In this document: positions 21,548-31,418 of the stretch, piece by piece
Numbering within the stretch: position 1 is the first letter of the stretch
Layout: each line of letters begins with the position of its first letter
Source of the DNA: Sulfurospirillaceae bacterium
Lineage (GTDB): Bacteria; Campylobacterota; Campylobacteria; Campylobacterales; Sulfurospirillaceae
Length of the DNA: 64,000 bases
Direction: 5' to 3'
Assembly: GCA_033723415.1 (NCBI GenBank)
Contig: JAWVXD010000003.1
Span: 64,001-128,000, forward strand
Program-made: the position numbers and the translations under genes
Notes under the pieces: generated by a model
The model's database searches: none
What the model was told of the DNA's origin: nothing
The model's input: only the letters and a program-made list of their open reading frames with translations

Positions 21548-23731
21548 ATGGTAAGTCAAGAATTAAATATGCTTTTTAGCGATGCCTTAAAGTTTGTCAA
21601 AGAACATAAATATGAATATATAACGATAGAGCATCTATTTTTTTCAATGTTACAAAATGAATCTATACTTGAAGTCTTGAAAAAATGTAATGCCGATGTC
21701 GATGAAATGTCAAATTCTTTAAGAAAATATTTCGGTATGTATTCTCCTATCGTTGTAACTAAAGAAGACTATGAGCCGTTTGAGAGCGTTGCACTATCAC
21801 GTGTTATAGAAAATATGATGCTACACTCTAAATCAAGTGGAAAAATGGAAGCAAGTGTTTATGATCTTTTGGTTTCTATCTTTCAAGAAGAGAACTCTTT
21901 TAGTGCGTTATTATTGGAAAAACAAGGTATTAGTCGGCTAGATGTATTGGAAGCGATTACAAGCTTGACTTCGCCTGAGATGAAAGATGAGGAACAAGAA
22001 GATAACGTACTCAAAAAATATTGTCTAAATTTGACGTCTTTGGCAAAACAAAACAAACTAGATCCTTTGATCGGACGGATAGATGAATGTGATAGAGTGA
22101 TTCAAGTTTTATGCAGAAGAAAGAAAAATAATCCGCTATTGGTTGGGGAGCCAGGAGTCGGTAAAACCGCCGTAGTTGAAGGACTTGCTCAGATGATAGT
22201 CGAGCAAAAAGTTCCTAAAATTTTGGCAAATGCTTCCTTATATGCACTTGACATGGGCTCTTTATTATCCGGTACCAAGTACAGAGGAGATTTTGAAAAA
22301 AGACTAAAAGAGATACTAAACGAACTTGAAAAAGAGGAAAATTCTATACTTTTTATAGATGAAATCCACACTATAGTCGGTGCAGGAGCTACAAGTGGGG
22401 GTTCTATGGATCTATCCAATCTACTCAAACCTTCTTTAGCAAGCGGCAAGATGAAGTGTATCGGGGCTACGACTTATGGTGAATTTAGAAATTTCTTTGA
22501 CAAAGATCGAGCATTGAGCCGAAGATTTTCAAAGATCGACATAGATGAACCAAGTATAGAAGATAGCTATAAAATACTTTTAGGACTTAAAGAGAAATAT
22601 GAAAAACACCATGGGGTAAAGTATCCGCCTGCTGTTTTGAAAACAACGGTAGAGCTTGCAAAAAAATATATAAATGATAGATTTCTCCCAGATTCTGCGA
22701 TAGATCTCGTAGATGAAGTCGGAGCATCTTTTCACCTGCTAAAGAGAAAACGAAGAAGTGTCAGTATTAATGACATTGAAAATATTTTGGAAAAAATAGC
22801 TCATATGCCTAATCGTCATGTCAATGCGGATGAAGGTGAGGTGATCGCTGGTTTGGAAAAAAATCTAAAATCAAAAGTTTTTGGACAAGATGCCGCAATT
22901 CATGCTCTAGTCAAAGCTATCAAAAGATCTCGTGCAGGACTTGGGAATGCAGAAGCTCCTATCGGAGCATTTTTATTTGCTGGACCTACCGGGGTCGGTA
23001 AAACTGAAGTGGCAAAACAATTGGCAGATCAGCTTGGAGTGAATTTTGAGCGATATGATATGAGTGAATATATGGAAAAGCACACCGTCAGTAGACTCAT
23101 AGGCGCACCTCCAGGATATGTTGGATTTGAAGATGGCGGACAGTTAACGGAGAGTATTAAAAAACATCCATATTCTGTTTTACTTTTAGATGAGATCGAA
23201 AAAGCGCATCCAGATCTTTTAAATGTACTATTGCAGATTTTTGATGGAGCTGTTTTGACAGATAACAATGGCATCAAGACTGATTTTAGAAATGTTATCA
23301 TCATCATGACCTCAAATCTTGGTTCAAAAGAGGGTGTTCATGTCGGATTTCAAAAAGAAGAGTCATTTAAAGCTGATAGCGCCATAAAAGATTTCTTTGC
23401 TCCTGAATTCAGAAATAGATTGGATGATATTATACATTTTAGACCGCTAAGCGAAGATATCATGATAAGCATAGTACAAAAAATGATAGATGAATTAGAG
23501 AACCAGCTAAAAGATAAAAAGATAAAAATAGTATTGACGTTGGCTGCAAAAAAATATTTGGCAAAAGAGGGTTACAGTTCTGATATGGGTGCTCGCGTCA
23601 TGCGAAGAGTCATACAAGAGAAGATAAAGACTCCTCTAAGCGATGAGATACTTTTTGGTAAGCTCAAAAATGGCGGAACCGTTAGTATTGACTACAAAAA
23701 GCAAAACTTGACTTTTAAATATGAGCATTGA
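21548..23731 (+). CDS. clpA: ATP-dependent Clp protease ATP-binding subunit ClpA
   Basis: Two AAA modules (GEPGVGKT, GPTGVGKT), no middle domain, follows clpS. Confidence 0.95.
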   Translation: MVSQELNMLFSDALKFVKEHKYEYITIEHLFFSMLQNESILEVLKKCNADVDEMSNSLRKYFGMYSPIVVTKEDYEPFESVALSRVIENMMLHSKSSGKMEASVYDLLVSIFQEENSFSALLLEKQGISRLDVLEAITSLTSPEMKDEEQEDNVLKKYCLNLTSLAKQNKLDPLIGRIDECDRVIQVLCRRKKNNPLLVGEPGVGKTAVVEGLAQMIVEQKVPKILANASLYALDMGSLLSGTKYRGDFEKRLKEILNELEKEENSILFIDEIHTIVGAGATSGGSMDLSNLLKPSLASGKMKCIGATTYGEFRNFFDKDRALSRRFSKIDIDEPSIEDSYKILLGLKEKYEKHHGVKYPPAVLKTTVELAKKYINDRFLPDSAIDLVDEVGASFHLLKRKRRSVSINDIENILEKIAHMPNRHVNADEGEVIAGLEKNLKSKVFGQDAAIHALVKAIKRSRAGLGNAEAPIGAFLFAGPTGVGKTEVAKQLADQLGVNFERYDMSEYMEKHTVSRLIGAPPGYVGFEDGGQLTESIKKHPYSVLLLDEIEKAHPDLLNVLLQIFDGAVLTDNNGIKTDFRNVIIIMTSNLGSKEGVHVGFQKEESFKADSAIKDFFAPEFRNRLDDIIHFRPLSEDIMISIVQKMIDELENQLKDKKIKIVLTLAAKKYLAKEGYSSDMGARVMRRVIQEKIKTPLSDEILFGKLKNGGTVSIDYKKQNLTFKYEH

Positions 23732-23734
23732 TAA

Positions 23735-24421
23735 TTGAGTGAAGATAAATATATACCAAAGTTAAATGCCTTTTCATACATCTTCCCAAATCCGACAGAG
23801 GCTCATAAAACAGGACTTCTTGCTTGGGGTGGGGATTTAAATAAAGATAGAGTCTTAAGTGCTTATGCCCAGGGAATTTTCCCTTGGTATAATGAAACAG
23901 ATCCCATTCTCTGGTGGTCACCGGATCCTAGACTTGTCCTTTTCCCTAAAGATATAAAAATTTCCAAAAGCCTCAAAAAAAATTTGAAAAAATTTGAAAT
24001 CAGATATGATACTAATTTTGACCAAGTAATACGCTCTTGTAGAATGACAAGAGTCGAAAACGGAGACAAAAGCTGGATAAATGACGACCTTGTAGATCTT
24101 TTTAATATTTTACATGAAGAGAAATTTGCGCATAGTGTTGAAACTTATTATGATGGCGAGTTGGTCGGTGGATTATATGGATTGTACTTAGGAGGGATGT
24201 TTTGCGGAGAATCGATGTTTAGTGTAAGATCGGATGCTTCAAAGGCGGCATTGGTTGGATTATGTAATAAGATAGTTGAGTTGGGCGGAGATTTTATAGA
24301 TTGTCAAATTCCGACCGAGCATTTAAAATCTTTAGGAGCAAAAGAAGTGAAACGAGAGGTTTTTTTAAATTTGACAAGAGAATCATTGGAAACTAAAAGT
24401 TATTTTGGGAGTTGGTCATGA
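23735..24421 (+). CDS. aat: Leucyl/phenylalanyl-tRNA--protein transferase
   Basis: GIFPW, WWSPDPR, GESMFS, DCQ.PT.HL.SLGA. Confidence 0.95.
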   Translation: MSEDKYIPKLNAFSYIFPNPTEAHKTGLLAWGGDLNKDRVLSAYAQGIFPWYNETDPILWWSPDPRLVLFPKDIKISKSLKKNLKKFEIRYDTNFDQVIRSCRMTRVENGDKSWINDDLVDLFNILHEEKFAHSVETYYDGELVGGLYGLYLGGMFCGESMFSVRSDASKAALVGLCNKIVELGGDFIDCQIPTEHLKSLGAKEVKREVFLNLTRESLETKSYFGSWS

Positions 24422-25314
24422 TAGAACAGATCGCTCCCGTATTTTTATTTGTTTTAATAGGATATATCTTTAAAGTACTCAAAGAGGATATCTCTCATGA
24501 ATTGACAGAATTTGTTATATATTTTTCGCTTCCGGCTCTTGCTCTCTCAAAAATAAGACATCTTGAGTTTAACGACATTATTTTTAAAGTTATCGCTATC
24601 AGTTATGCAGCTATGTTTATAGCTTTTGTACTCTCTTTGATTGTCGGAAAGCTTTTAAAACTCTCAAAAAAAGATTTGGCTACCTTTATGATCGTTTCTA
24701 TTTTTGGAAACACGTCTTTTGTCGGATTTTCTTATATAGAGTCTTTGTATTCTATGAAAGAAGTTGTATATGCACTTGTTTATGATCAGCTCGGATCATT
24801 TGTGGCGCTTTTGACTTTTGGTGTTGCGATCATATCTTGGGGTGCAGACAAAAAAGAAGGATACAGTACCAGTGTATTAAAGCAAATATTTCTATCTCCT
24901 CCACTTATAGCTATAGTAGTGGCAGTCTATTTTCACGGGGTACATTTTCCTCATTATTTAGAAGGTATTTTGGATAAACTTCAAGCTACGTTGATACCGC
25001 TTGTTACCATTATCGTCGGTATGAAATTAGAACTAAAGTCCTTAGGTAGTTACTTCAAGGAAAATGTTTTGGCTCTTTTTATCAAAATGTTCTTGACTCC
25101 ATTGGCTATGCTTGGTCTCATGTATGTATTTTTGGATATGCATAAAACCTGGTCGAAAGTGACGTTCTTAGAGATCGCAATGCCACCGATGACCATGGCT
25201 ACAGTGTACGCTATCAAAGGCGGATTAAATAAAAATCTAGCGATAAATGCGCTGGCTCTTGGAATACTGGTATCATTTGTAAGCATTGTAGCTTGGAATA
25301 TGTTGATAAGTTAA
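24418..25314 (+). CDS. AEC (auxin efflux carrier) family transporter
   Basis: About 10 TM helices, LPAL, FGNT.FVG, AMP motifs. Confidence 0.85.
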   Translation: MIEQIAPVFLFVLIGYIFKVLKEDISHELTEFVIYFSLPALALSKIRHLEFNDIIFKVIAISYAAMFIAFVLSLIVGKLLKLSKKDLATFMIVSIFGNTSFVGFSYIESLYSMKEVVYALVYDQLGSFVALLTFGVAIISWGADKKEGYSTSVLKQIFLSPPLIAIVVAVYFHGVHFPHYLEGILDKLQATLIPLVTIIVGMKLELKSLGSYFKENVLALFIKMFLTPLAMLGLMYVFLDMHKTWSKVTFLEIAMPPMTMATVYAIKGGLNKNLAINALALGILVSFVSIVAWNMLIS

Positions 25315-25322
25315 AAAACAAT

Positions 25323-25775
25323 ATGAGATTATTTGTAGATGGGGATGCATTCCCAAATATTCTAAAACCTATACTATTTCGAGCTATACAAAGGCTTAGT
25401 CTGGAAACATTTGTTGTTTCAAATAAACGTGTCGATATCGGAAAATCAGATCATATCCAATACATCATAGTCGAAGCAGGAGCAGATGAGGCAGATCATA
25501 AGATTGTAGAAATGGCGCTTGATGGAGATTTGGTTATAACAGCAGATATTCCTCTGGCAGATAGGATTATCAGTAAAAATGCACATGCAATCGATCATAG
25601 AGGTGAGCTCTACAGTGTAGATAATATAAAACAATATTTAGCTATGAGAAACCTGATGCAAGAGATAAGAGACTGTGGTGAGAAAACAAGAGGCCCTGCA
25701 CCTTTTGGTAGTAAAGATGCACATGAATTTGCAAATCAATTAAATGCTTTTTTTACTAGAAAGAAAGTGCTATAA
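25323..25775 (+). CDS. YaiI/YqxD family protein (UPF0178)
   Basis: FVDGDA.P, ADEAD, DLVITADIPLA. Confidence 0.9.
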   Translation: MRLFVDGDAFPNILKPILFRAIQRLSLETFVVSNKRVDIGKSDHIQYIIVEAGADEADHKIVEMALDGDLVITADIPLADRIISKNAHAIDHRGELYSVDNIKQYLAMRNLMQEIRDCGEKTRGPAPFGSKDAHEFANQLNAFFTRKKVL

Positions 25776-25780
25776 AAGAG

Positions 25781-26581
25781 CTATTTTACGAAGGCAGCAC
25801 TCATATATCCCACAACATTATTTTTGTCTCCGCTCGTGTCAGCACTTGTTCTATAATCTAGGAGTATAGATCTTAATCCTTTCTGTTTTGCACAAATAAG
25901 CATTGCCTCAACTCCTGTTCTTCCACATGCTTCACATCCTTGATGAAGTTTAGAAATATCTAGTTGTTCTACTGCATCAAGACAAATATTATCTAGTATA
26001 TTCGCCTTTTTGATGTCGTAATAATGGCTTAGATCTGTACTTATGACGACTAAGTTACGAGGATCGTCTAGTATAAAATCTATAATCTCTGCTAATTCTG
26101 AGGGAATTTGTTTCCCATATACCAATTCTACAACTGATGTGTTTGGAAGATAGTGTTTGATAAAAGGCATTTGGACTTCAGTACTGTGTTCAAAATGAGC
26201 ATCGGGATGGAGATATAAGTTAAATTTTGTTTTTAATTCATTTATTAACGTTTCATCAATCGGGAGATCACCAAAAGGTGTTTCATAGCGCTCATAATCA
26301 GAAATACTGATTCCATTTATATATGCATGATGACTAGGCCCTATGACTACTACACATCTTGCTTCACTGTTCTTTAGTACTCTATAAGCTATATTAGCCG
26401 TAAATCCAGAGTATATATAGCCAGCATGCGGAACGATTATAGCTTTGGGCTTTATATCTAATAATTTGAGTTCATCTATATTCTCATCCAATATTTTGTT
26501 GTAATTTGTAAACATGTCATCGATCTCATGAGAATTGTTTGGATAGAACTGTCCGGCTACAACTGTTTTTCTGATAGTCAT
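25781..26581 (-). CDS. amrB: AmmeMemoRadiSam system protein B (MEMO1 family)
   Basis: VAGQFYP, PHAGYIYSG, GPSHH, EHSTEVQ, STDLSHY, ACG, VVGY. Confidence 0.92.
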   Translation of the reverse strand: MTIRKTVVAGQFYPNNSHEIDDMFTNYNKILDENIDELKLLDIKPKAIIVPHAGYIYSGFTANIAYRVLKNSEARCVVVIGPSHHAYINGISISDYERYETPFGDLPIDETLINELKTKFNLYLHPDAHFEHSTEVQMPFIKHYLPNTSVVELVYGKQIPSELAEIIDFILDDPRNLVVISTDLSHYYDIKKANILDNICLDAVEQLDISKLHQGCEACGRTGVEAMLICAKQKGLRSILLDYRTSADTSGDKNNVVGYMSAAFVK

Positions 26582-26662
26582 ATCAAACTCCTTATTACAT
26601 AAATAGTTTTCTAATCAGCTTTATTTTATCACTAAAAATGAATTCATGCAAAGTTGTAGAAG

Positions 26663-27655
26663 TTATTTCCAAATACCTTCTATAACTCTATTGCAGTTTG
26701 GGCATTTATCAGCATTCATATCATTTTGTATAATACTAAATCCTTCTCTTTCAATCAAAAGAGTACCACAATCTGGGCAATATGTATTTGCATGTGTTGG
26801 AACATTTCCCATATAAACATAATACAGTCCAGCTTCTTTTGCGATCTTACTAGCGCGCTCAAGTGTTCTTATAGTTGTATATTGATGATCTTGCATCTTA
26901 TAATCAGGGTGAAATGCGCTTAGGTGCCAAGGAACATGAGCTCCTAGATCATTGGCTATAAATGAAGCCATTTCTCTTAAATCGTTATCCGAGTCATTGT
27001 CTCCTTCTATCAAAAGAGTCGTGACTTCTACCCAAATTCCTAATGATACCATTTTCCTAAGTGTGCTTTTAACAGCTTCAAGTCCACCTTTTAGAACTTT
27101 TTTGTAGTAGCCCTCATCCCAGCTTTTAAGATCTACATTGGCAGCTTCACACCAAGCTCTCATATCTTCAACTACTTCTGGAGATTCAAACCCGTTTGTA
27201 ACAAATATATTTTTGATTCCTTGTTCTCTAGCGAGTGTTCCTATATCTTTTGCATAAGGATAAAAAATAGTAGGTTCATTGTATGTGTATGCAATAGAAC
27301 TTACATCATTTTCTATAGCCAATTCTACCATTCTTTTTGGACTTATATTGATGCTTTCATCTATTTTGTGCTCTTGAGAAATCTCCCAGTTTTGGCAAAA
27401 TGGACATTTAAAGTTGCATCCAACAGTACCAAAAGATAGAGCTTTGGTGCCGGCTAACATATGAAATATAGGTTTTTTTTCTATCGGGTCTATATGAAGG
27501 GCACTAGGATGCCCGTAAACCAGTGTTTTTAATACTCCATTTTCATTTTTATTGACACCGCAAATGCCGACACTGTCAAGCTTGATTTTACAATAATGCT
27601 GACATAGCATACAGATAATTCTATCTTTTCCTTCTATTTCTTGATAGTATTTCAT
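26663..27655 (-). CDS. amrS: AmmeMemoRadiSam system radical SAM enzyme
   Basis: DPIEKKP, GCNFKCPFCQNWEISQ, YTYNEP, and N- and C-terminal Cys pairs. Confidence 0.93.
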   Translation of the reverse strand: MKYYQEIEGKDRIICMLCQHYCKIKLDSVGICGVNKNENGVLKTLVYGHPSALHIDPIEKKPIFHMLAGTKALSFGTVGCNFKCPFCQNWEISQEHKIDESINISPKRMVELAIENDVSSIAYTYNEPTIFYPYAKDIGTLAREQGIKNIFVTNGFESPEVVEDMRAWCEAANVDLKSWDEGYYKKVLKGGLEAVKSTLRKMVSLGIWVEVTTLLIEGDNDSDNDLREMASFIANDLGAHVPWHLSAFHPDYKMQDHQYTTIRTLERASKIAKEAGLYYVYMGNVPTHANTYCPDCGTLLIEREGFSIIQNDMNADKCPNCNRVIEGIWK

Positions 27656-27751
27656 TTAGTTACCCTCAGTAATAAACTTTATGTATCTTGACCACATATC
27701 AAAATGTGATCTACTATTTGTGAGACAAGATTATGATAACTAATATATTTC

Positions 27752-28270
27752 TTAACGACGACGTTTAAAATTATCTTGATCTCCGTCTCTTTCTAGTCTT
27801 TGCATCCTATCTTCATATCTTTTTATAGCTGTTTGGATCTCAAATGCAAAGTCGTTTCCTATGATGTACTCATCTTTATCTTTAAAAAGACGAGTATAAT
27901 GATTTCTTGCAGCTTCGTTTTCCAGAGCACTTTCCAAAGTCTTGAATTTACCATGGGTTAAGCTTTCTAGGGTCATAGGAACATCTGTAAGTTCTCTATA
28001 TAATTCATGGTAAAAATCAAAAGGAATATAAGAAATCACATTTGACATTCTAAGCTGGCCGTTTACCTCTTTAAAGTGATACATAGTGATTTTTGCCAAT
28101 TTTCTATCATAGGTACTATAAGTTTTCGATGACATGAAATTTGTAATAGCAATATTGTCTTTTGGCAAAACAGCACTATTGATAGTCTTAGGATTTATCT
28201 GATAAGAGCATCCTGCTAAAACAAAGACACTTAGTAAAGTCAACAATGTATATTTGAAATATTTTTGCAT
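27752..28270 (-). CDS. Hypothetical lipoprotein
   Basis: Lipobox VLAGC; GGAGG ribosome site upstream on the minus strand. Confidence 0.7.
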   Translation of the reverse strand: MQKYFKYTLLTLLSVFVLAGCSYQINPKTINSAVLPKDNIAITNFMSSKTYSTYDRKLAKITMYHFKEVNGQLRMSNVISYIPFDFYHELYRELTDVPMTLESLTHGKFKTLESALENEAARNHYTRLFKDKDEYIIGNDFAFEIQTAIKRYEDRMQRLERDGDQDNFKRRR

Positions 28271-28438
28271 GATACACCTCCATTTTGATAACTAAATTTT
28301 AGCACTTTTTTGATAATAGAGATAATTTTTTGCAAATATTAACATTTATGTTCCCCTTAGATTATAATATTAACTGATATAATTAATACTTTGTTTTATA
28401 AAATATTATTATGATATAAAAAAACAAGGAGTTGATTT

Positions 28439-28864
28439 ATGAAGAAGTTGATTAGAAATATATTTTTGATGTTAGCACTGTCTTTTGCGAGCGTTTATGC
28501 CAATAGCAGTGTTATCCATAAAGTTGTTATACAGGTGAGTACCAATGATGTTAAGATGCAAAATATAGCGTTGAACAATGCCGTAAATTTGCAAAAATAT
28601 TATGGTATGGATAATGTAGTGGTTGAGGTTGTCGCTTATGGTCCAGGACTTAGTATTCTTACGAATAAAAGCAAATTTTCTAAAAGAGTTTCTAGCCTTG
28701 CTATGAGTGATATAAGATTTTCAGCTTGTCACAATACAATGCTTAAAATAAAGAAAAAAACTGGTAAATTACCACATTTGAGTGAGGGTGTAAAAATAGT
28801 ACCGGCAGGTGTTGTGCGCATTGCTGAACTAGAAGAACAAGGCTATGCTTACATTAGACCTTAA
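28439..28864 (+). CDS. Exported DsrE/DsrF-like family protein
   Basis: Signal peptide; VEVVAYGPGL, ACHNT, VPAGV, QGYAYIRP. Confidence 0.85.
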   Translation: MKKLIRNIFLMLALSFASVYANSSVIHKVVIQVSTNDVKMQNIALNNAVNLQKYYGMDNVVVEVVAYGPGLSILTNKSKFSKRVSSLAMSDIRFSACHNTMLKIKKKTGKLPHLSEGVKIVPAGVVRIAELEEQGYAYIRP

Positions 28865-28941
28865 AAATATCAATTAAGTGTATTAATCCACAAGTAAAAT
28901 ATGTAAACATTACAGAGCAACATTGTCTTTTGAAAAACACA

Positions 28942-28979
28942 TTTTTTGCCTCTTTTTTGCCTCTTTTTTCTTTTATACT
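28942..28979 (+). promoter_or_regulatory. Tandem 11-bp direct repeat upstream of a -10 box; putative response-regulator site
   Basis: TTTTTTGCCTC at 28942-28952 and 28953-28963; TATACT at 28974-28979. Confidence 0.55.
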
Positions 28980-29008
28980 GTTGTAAAATTTATGAAAAAG
29001 GACATAAA

Positions 29009-31396
29009 ATGAAGATTACAAGAAGAGGGTTTTTGAAAGGAAGTGTTGCTGCTACAGCTGTGTTGAGTACAAATTCAGTAAGTGCAACTGAATTATTCTC
29101 ACCTGTGAAAAAAATTCCCAATGCTAGTCATTTTGGAGCATTTTATGCATTTGTTCAAGACGGAAAGATCTTAGATATCGTTCCGCAAGAACCAGATGAT
29201 AGACCTGGTATGATGAAGGCATTAGTCGATAGAAATTATTCTAATTCCAGAGTCAAATATCCTTATGTAAGAAAATCTTTTTTAGAAGGAAAGGCAAATC
29301 ACAAAGAATACAGAGGGAATGATGAATTTATAAGAGTGAGCTGGGATAAAGCTTTAGATCTTGTTACAAGAGAACTTAAAAAAACACATAGAGATAATAT
29401 ATATAACGGTACGACAGATGGATGGGCTCATCCTGGTTTAGTCAATTATTGTCCAACAATAGCAGGTAGGTTTTTTAATATTGTCAAAGGAGGATCTGTT
29501 AATTCAGACGGAGATTATAGTGTTGGTGCTGCACTTCGTACCAATCCTACGATAGTAGGTGATATAGAGGTATATTCACTTCAAACTACACATGAACAGA
29601 TTTTGGCAAATACCAAAGTGTATGTTATGTGGGGAGCTGATCTGTTTAAAGACAATAAAATTGATTTTGCCGTGGCAAATCGTAAAAATGATGAGTACTT
29701 CTTAAAATATAAAAAATCCAATATCAAATTTATATCTATCGATCCTATTAAGACGCAAACTGCAAAAATGTTTGATGCAGAGTGTATTGCTATTCGTCCA
29801 AATACTGATGTTGCACTCATGCTTGGTATGATGCATCATCTTTATAAAACAAAAAAATATGATAAAAAATTTATAGATAAGTATACTGATGGATTTGAGC
29901 AATTTGTTCCGTATTTAACTGGTAAGACAGATGGTATTGCAAAAACTCCGGAATGGGCTGAAAAAATAACGGAAATATCTGCTAGTAAGATTAAAGAGTT
30001 AGCGGATTTATTTGTCTCTACTAGAACATTTATTGCCGGAAACTGGGCATTACAGAGAGCTCATCATGGTGAACAGGCACAATGGGGGATTATTACTTTA
30101 GCTTCCATGATAGGACAAATCGGGCTTCCAGGAGGAGGATTCGGCTTTTCTATGCATTATGGCGGCGGCGGACAAGCAGCTGCAGGTAAAGCAGGACCCG
30201 GAGGATTCTCTCAAGGTAGAAACAGAGTCAGTGCTATCATACCAGCCTCAAGGATTAACGAAACACTTTTGCATCCAGGTAAAGAAATTGATTTTACAGG
30301 AGAAAAAATCAAACTTCCAAAAATAAAATTGATGTATGTTGCAGGAGCAAATAATGTCGGTCATCAACAAAATGTCAACGAGTTGATAGAAGGATTAAAA
30401 ACATTAGATACTTTGATTGTTCAAGATCCATGGTGGACACCTACCGCAAAAATGGCAGATATTGTTCTCCCTTCTACGACAACACTGGAGAGAGATGATA
30501 TAAGTTTGTTGAGCGGTAGTTATTCCGGAGATAAGATTTATGCCATGAGAAAAGTAGTTGATAATCCTTATGAAGCAAAGGATGATTATGAAATTTACTC
30601 GCTATTGGCAAAAAGATTCAGTCAGAAAAAATATGACAAATTTACCGGCGGCAAAACTGCAATGGAACACATAAAATCTTTTTATGCACAATCCGATGCT
30701 GCAAAAACTACTACATTTGAAGAATTTTGGGAAAAAGGTTATGTGAAATATGATATCCCAAAAGAAGCATACAAATATGTAAGACATAGCTCTTTTAGAA
30801 AAGATCCTCTAAGAAATCCATTAAAAACAGAGAGTGGAAAGATTCAAATTTTTTCTAAAAAATTTGCCAGTTTTGGGTATAAAGATTTTAAGGGCCATGT
30901 TACTTGGTTTGAACCGGCAGAATATCTTGGAAGTAAAGATGTTGAAACATATCCTCTTCATCTACTCTCTCCACATGCTACATATAGAAAACATTCACAG
31001 TTGGATAATGTCTGGATAGCAGAATTATATAAGATTAAAGGTAGAGAACCTATTAGAATAAATCCAAAAGACGCAAAGAAATATGGGGTAAGCAACGGTG
31101 ATCTAGTGGAAGTATATAATGCTCGTGGAAAACTATTAGCCGGTGCAGTAGTTACTGATGATATTAGAGAAGGAGTTGTCGCTATTGAAGAAGGAGCTTG
31201 GTATAGTCCAGAAAATTCTGCAATTAAAAAGAGTAGAGGAAACAGCGGTAATGTTAACGTATTGACATCTTCTAGGCCTACCTCGCAAATGTCACAATCT
31301 TGTACGGCCAATACAACACTGGTGGCTATTAGAAAAGCAGAAGGCGTCATAACACCAAATCAAGCTCATTTGATGCCTAAAGTAGCAAAAATTTAG
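29009..31396 (+). CDS. Tat-exported molybdopterin S-/N-oxide reductase (TorA/TorZ/BisC family)
   Basis: MKITRRGFLK Tat signal; GDYS Mo-Ser ligand; QRAHHGEQ, GQIGLPGGG, HSQL; no N-terminal Fe-S motif. Confidence 0.9.
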   Translation: MKITRRGFLKGSVAATAVLSTNSVSATELFSPVKKIPNASHFGAFYAFVQDGKILDIVPQEPDDRPGMMKALVDRNYSNSRVKYPYVRKSFLEGKANHKEYRGNDEFIRVSWDKALDLVTRELKKTHRDNIYNGTTDGWAHPGLVNYCPTIAGRFFNIVKGGSVNSDGDYSVGAALRTNPTIVGDIEVYSLQTTHEQILANTKVYVMWGADLFKDNKIDFAVANRKNDEYFLKYKKSNIKFISIDPIKTQTAKMFDAECIAIRPNTDVALMLGMMHHLYKTKKYDKKFIDKYTDGFEQFVPYLTGKTDGIAKTPEWAEKITEISASKIKELADLFVSTRTFIAGNWALQRAHHGEQAQWGIITLASMIGQIGLPGGGFGFSMHYGGGGQAAAGKAGPGGFSQGRNRVSAIIPASRINETLLHPGKEIDFTGEKIKLPKIKLMYVAGANNVGHQQNVNELIEGLKTLDTLIVQDPWWTPTAKMADIVLPSTTTLERDDISLLSGSYSGDKIYAMRKVVDNPYEAKDDYEIYSLLAKRFSQKKYDKFTGGKTAMEHIKSFYAQSDAAKTTTFEEFWEKGYVKYDIPKEAYKYVRHSSFRKDPLRNPLKTESGKIQIFSKKFASFGYKDFKGHVTWFEPAEYLGSKDVETYPLHLLSPHATYRKHSQLDNVWIAELYKIKGREPIRINPKDAKKYGVSNGDLVEVYNARGKLLAGAVVTDDIREGVVAIEEGAWYSPENSAIKKSRGNSGNVNVLTSSRPTSQMSQSCTANTTLVAIRKAEGVITPNQAHLMPKVAKI

Positions 31397-31418
31397 ATTA
31401 TTAAGAAGGAGATACAAT

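Noticed and set aside
20770..24421. smpB-clpS-clpA-aat protein quality-control cluster
   Set aside because: Known N-degron pathway arrangement in conserved core synteny.
27686..27712. TTGAC-CACAT-ATCAA and AAATGTGATCTA upstream of amrS, resembling FNR and CRP sites
   Set aside because: The FNR-like spacing is one base too long and the CRP-like match is only a half site.
28946..29008. ORF-track N-terminal extensions on the molybdoenzyme (also pyrB, metK, norF, YaiI, FlhB-like)
   Set aside because: Ribosome sites and family N-termini support the downstream starts used in the feature list.
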